The notes under the pieces are model-generated. The model was not told where the DNA came from, did no database searches, and saw nothing but the letters and a program-made list of their open reading frames with translations. This document shows, piece by piece, positions 61,621 to 64,000 of a stretch of 64,000 bases of DNA (position 1 is its first letter; each line of letters starts with the position of its first letter). Location: positions 552-64,551 of the IMG/VR virus record IMGVR_UViG_3300031996_000005; one strand, written 5' to 3'. The stretch comes from a virus. Lineage: Duplodnaviria; Caudoviricetes. The position numbers and the translations under genes are program-made.

Positions 61621-62385
61621 ATGCTGCGCACCACTCTTCGCCCGTCCGACTTCACGGATCAGGCCGCCGCCATTCTCGCCGCCTCGAAGGCTCGCCGTGC
61701 GGATCTCCGCATGGAGCTTATCGACAATGACGAGGGTGACGGTCCTGATGACGTGGACGACGACGACGAGGGGGATGACGCCTCGGACGATGCCGATGAC
61801 AAGGACGACCCGAAGGCCTCGAAGGACAAGAGCTCCGATGGGGACGACACGGTTGACCGGGCTGAGTACGAGCGCGTCAAGCGGCATCGCGCCGCCGCGG
61901 ATCGTCGGAAGGCTGAGCTCGAAGCTGAGGTCAGCACCCTCAAGACCGAGAACGCTGCGCTGAAGGCAGAGGGCAAGGACGGAAAGCTCGACGAGGCAAC
62001 CACCGCGCGGGTCGCCGAGCTCGAAAAGACCGTTACTGAGTCATCCAAGACGATTCAGACCCTCCGCATCAACAACGCATTCCTGTCCGCCAACGACTTC
62101 ACCTGGCACGATCCGGAGGACGCCATGCGTCTGGCGGATCTGTCCGAGGTGGAGATCGAAGAAGACGGAACGGTTGTCGGTCTCAAGGAAGCCCTTAAGA
62201 AGTTGGCAAAGGCCAAGCCTCACCTCATCAAAAAGGCCGAGGTCAAGGTTGACAAGGACGACGCTGACGAAGAGGACAGGAACCCCTCCGGTTCTGCGAC
62301 AAACGGTCGACGCAAGGGTGGCCGGGCCAAGCCTGACCGCGCTGCGCTGTCCAAGACGTACCCCGTTCTCGCCACCCGGCGCTAA
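61621..62385 (+). CDS. capsid scaffolding protein
   Basis: GGAGG RBS; acidic stretch, coiled coil, L....PHL motif. Confidence 0.8.
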   Translation: MLRTTLRPSDFTDQAAAILAASKARRADLRMELIDNDEGDGPDDVDDDDEGDDASDDADDKDDPKASKDKSSDGDDTVDRAEYERVKRHRAAADRRKAELEAEVSTLKTENAALKAEGKDGKLDEATTARVAELEKTVTESSKTIQTLRINNAFLSANDFTWHDPEDAMRLADLSEVEIEEDGTVVGLKEALKKLAKAKPHLIKKAEVKVDKDDADEEDRNPSGSATNGRRKGGRAKPDRAALSKTYPVLATRR

Positions 62386-62418
62386 CGGCTAACTGCTCTC
62401 CTCCGAAAGAGGTGAACC

Positions 62419-62787
62419 ATGGCACTGGGTGCCCACTACGACAAGTACGACCCGATCTCCGGTGGATTCCGCGCGCCGCTCGCGGCTGCGGTGACTGAGG
62501 CGAACGCCTTCCTGGTCAAGGCTGTCTCGCTCGACGCTAACGGCCGTGTGGTCGTCGGTACCGCGGCGAACTCCGGCTATGTCGGTGTCTTCGTCTCGCA
62601 CGCGGTCCGCGCCATTGGCGACATCGTCGACGTCATGACCGATGGTGAGATCGTGGACGTTCCCGGCCTGGCCGCCGGTACCAAGTACTACGCGGCTGCG
62701 GACGGCACGCTCAACACGACCAACACCAACCCTTACGTCGGCCACACGGTCGAGGCCTCGCGCCTCGTCGTGCGCACCGCTCGCTGA
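62419..62787 (+). CDS. capsid decoration protein
   Basis: 122 aa between scaffold and capsid; YDKYDP.SGGFRAPLA, VSLDANG.VV. Confidence 0.65.
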   Translation: MALGAHYDKYDPISGGFRAPLAAAVTEANAFLVKAVSLDANGRVVVGTAANSGYVGVFVSHAVRAIGDIVDVMTDGEIVDVPGLAAGTKYYAAADGTLNTTNTNPYVGHTVEASRLVVRTAR

Positions 62788-62810
62788 TCCTCGGAAAGGA
62801 GGACACTTTC

Positions 62811-64000
62811 ATGAGCACCAAGCTTGCTCGGGCCTACTCGCTCGACATGGTCACTCCGGCTCACGCTGTCCAGCGTGCCTCGCTCCGCGGTATCGAGACG
62901 ATCGACCCTCGTCACCTCGGCATCATTCAGGGCATCGCCGGTGGCGCCAAGGGTTTCGCCACCACCGGTGATCTGATCACGCAGACCGCTGATGGTCGCG
63001 ACCTCAATGACCTCTGGAACGAGTTCCAGGCCGTCAACGAGGAGTACAACCGTCAGCGACAGACGCTGGTCGACTTCCTCACCTACTCGGTGAACTCGCC
63101 TATCGAAGAGATCCCCGTTCTCGGGTCTCAAGGCGACTTCGAGGAGGCGTCGGAGTTCGGTGTCCCGAAGGCCTACCGGCCCGAGTTCGACTCGTACTCC
63201 ATGGGCTTCGGCTTCAAGTGGTACGACCTCGCGAACCGGTTCACCTGGCAGTTCCTCGCCGAGGCCCCGGCCTCCCAGGTGCAGGCCATCGAGAACCAGG
63301 CTCTTGAGGCTGACTCGCGTCTTGTGTTCAGCAAGATCATGCGTCAGCTGTTCCGCAACACGACCGACGCCGCGACGATCCGCGGGAACGCGTACAACGT
63401 CTACGGGTTCTACAACGGGGTGTCCGACGACGCCGGTACTCCGCCGTCCTACAAGACGAACACGTTCTCCAACGGTCACAACCACTTCCTCGTGAGTGGC
63501 GCCGCGACTGTCGACCAGGGCGACCTGGAGGAGATGGCGAACCACCTCGCCCATCACGGCTACAACCGCCTTGAGGGCTACCGCACCGTTGTCATCGTGA
63601 ACACCGCGGAGGGCAATGTCATCCGCAACTTCCGTTCCACGATCAACGGTGGCGCGGGTATGTGGGACTTCATCCCCGCCCAGGGTCAGCCCACGTCGCT
63701 GCTCGACATCAACACTCAGATCATCAACGGCAGCCCGGTTCCGGGTGAGCTCAACGGTCTGAACGTCATCGGTTCCTATGGTGACCTGATCGTCGTCCAG
63801 GAGGACTACATCCCGGCCGGCTACCTGGTGGCCTTCGCCACCGGCGGGCGGGACAACCTCCAGAACCCGATCGGTTTCCGCGAGCACGCCAACTCCGGTC
63901 TCCGGGGTATGCGTCTGGTCAAGGGCCGTAACGCCGACTACCCGCTGCTGGATGCGTACTACGTGCGCGGCTTCGGTACGGGTATCCGTCACCGCGGTGC
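62811..64000 (+). CDS. major capsid protein (3' truncated by window end)
   Basis: GAAAGGAGG RBS; open to window end; FEEASEFG.P, NPIGFREH motifs; absent from ORF track because there is no stop. Confidence 0.9.
   Translation, partial: MSTKLARAYSLDMVTPAHAVQRASLRGIETIDPRHLGIIQGIAGGAKGFATTGDLITQTADGRDLNDLWNEFQAVNEEYNRQRQTLVDFLTYSVNSPIEEIPVLGSQGDFEEASEFGVPKAYRPEFDSYSMGFGFKWYDLANRFTWQFLAEAPASQVQAIENQALEADSRLVFSKIMRQLFRNTTDAATIRGNAYNVYGFYNGVSDDAGTPPSYKTNTFSNGHNHFLVSGAATVDQGDLEEMANHLAHHGYNRLEGYRTVVIVNTAEGNVIRNFRSTINGGAGMWDFIPAQGQPTSLLDINTQIINGSPVPGELNGLNVIGSYGDLIVVQEDYIPAGYLVAFATGGRDNLQNPIGFREHANSGLRGMRLVKGRNADYPLLDAYYVRGFGTGIRHRG

Noticed and set aside
62733-63992. 419-aa minus-strand ORF
   Set aside because: Antisense shadow of the major capsid gene; high-GC codon bias suppresses stops on the opposite strand.

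Overview
This window is a near-complete genome of a high-GC tailed actinobacteriophage (siphovirus-like gene set), opened just downstream of the major capsid gene. It ends inside that same gene, so the genome is probably circularly permuted and only slightly longer than 64 kb. Gene order: head-tail connectors, tail tube, chaperones, tape measure and minor tail genes (84-10425); a membrane/holin cluster (10412-11605); a few rightward genes; a leftward replication/nucleotide-metabolism operon (14281-25111); a rightward primase-helicase and about 40 small accessory genes including a DNA methyltransferase (25198-39560); TerS, a PG-binding protein and an amidase endolysin (39707-41416); a ~16 kb island of large modular proteins carrying polysaccharide lyase, chitosanase, beta-helix and PhoD domains (41611-57693); then TerL, portal, MuF-like, scaffold, decoration and major capsid genes. 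I saw no integrase, repressor cassette, tRNA or CRISPR array. Most notable: (1) a candidate cytosine-modification pathway with two thymidylate-synthase-fold paralogs, both carrying the dCMP-type Asp, beside a polymerase fused to a degenerate UDG domain; (2) a nested insertion that splits a GH46 chitosanase and a PKD-like domain across two ORFs; (3) the enzyme island with candidate docking motifs and a secreted paralog; (4) a probable +1 chaperone frameshift at TTT-CGT; (5) a family of leaderless promoters with a palindromic operator and an unannotated RHH gene. All product calls come from motif recognition by eye; no database search was run.
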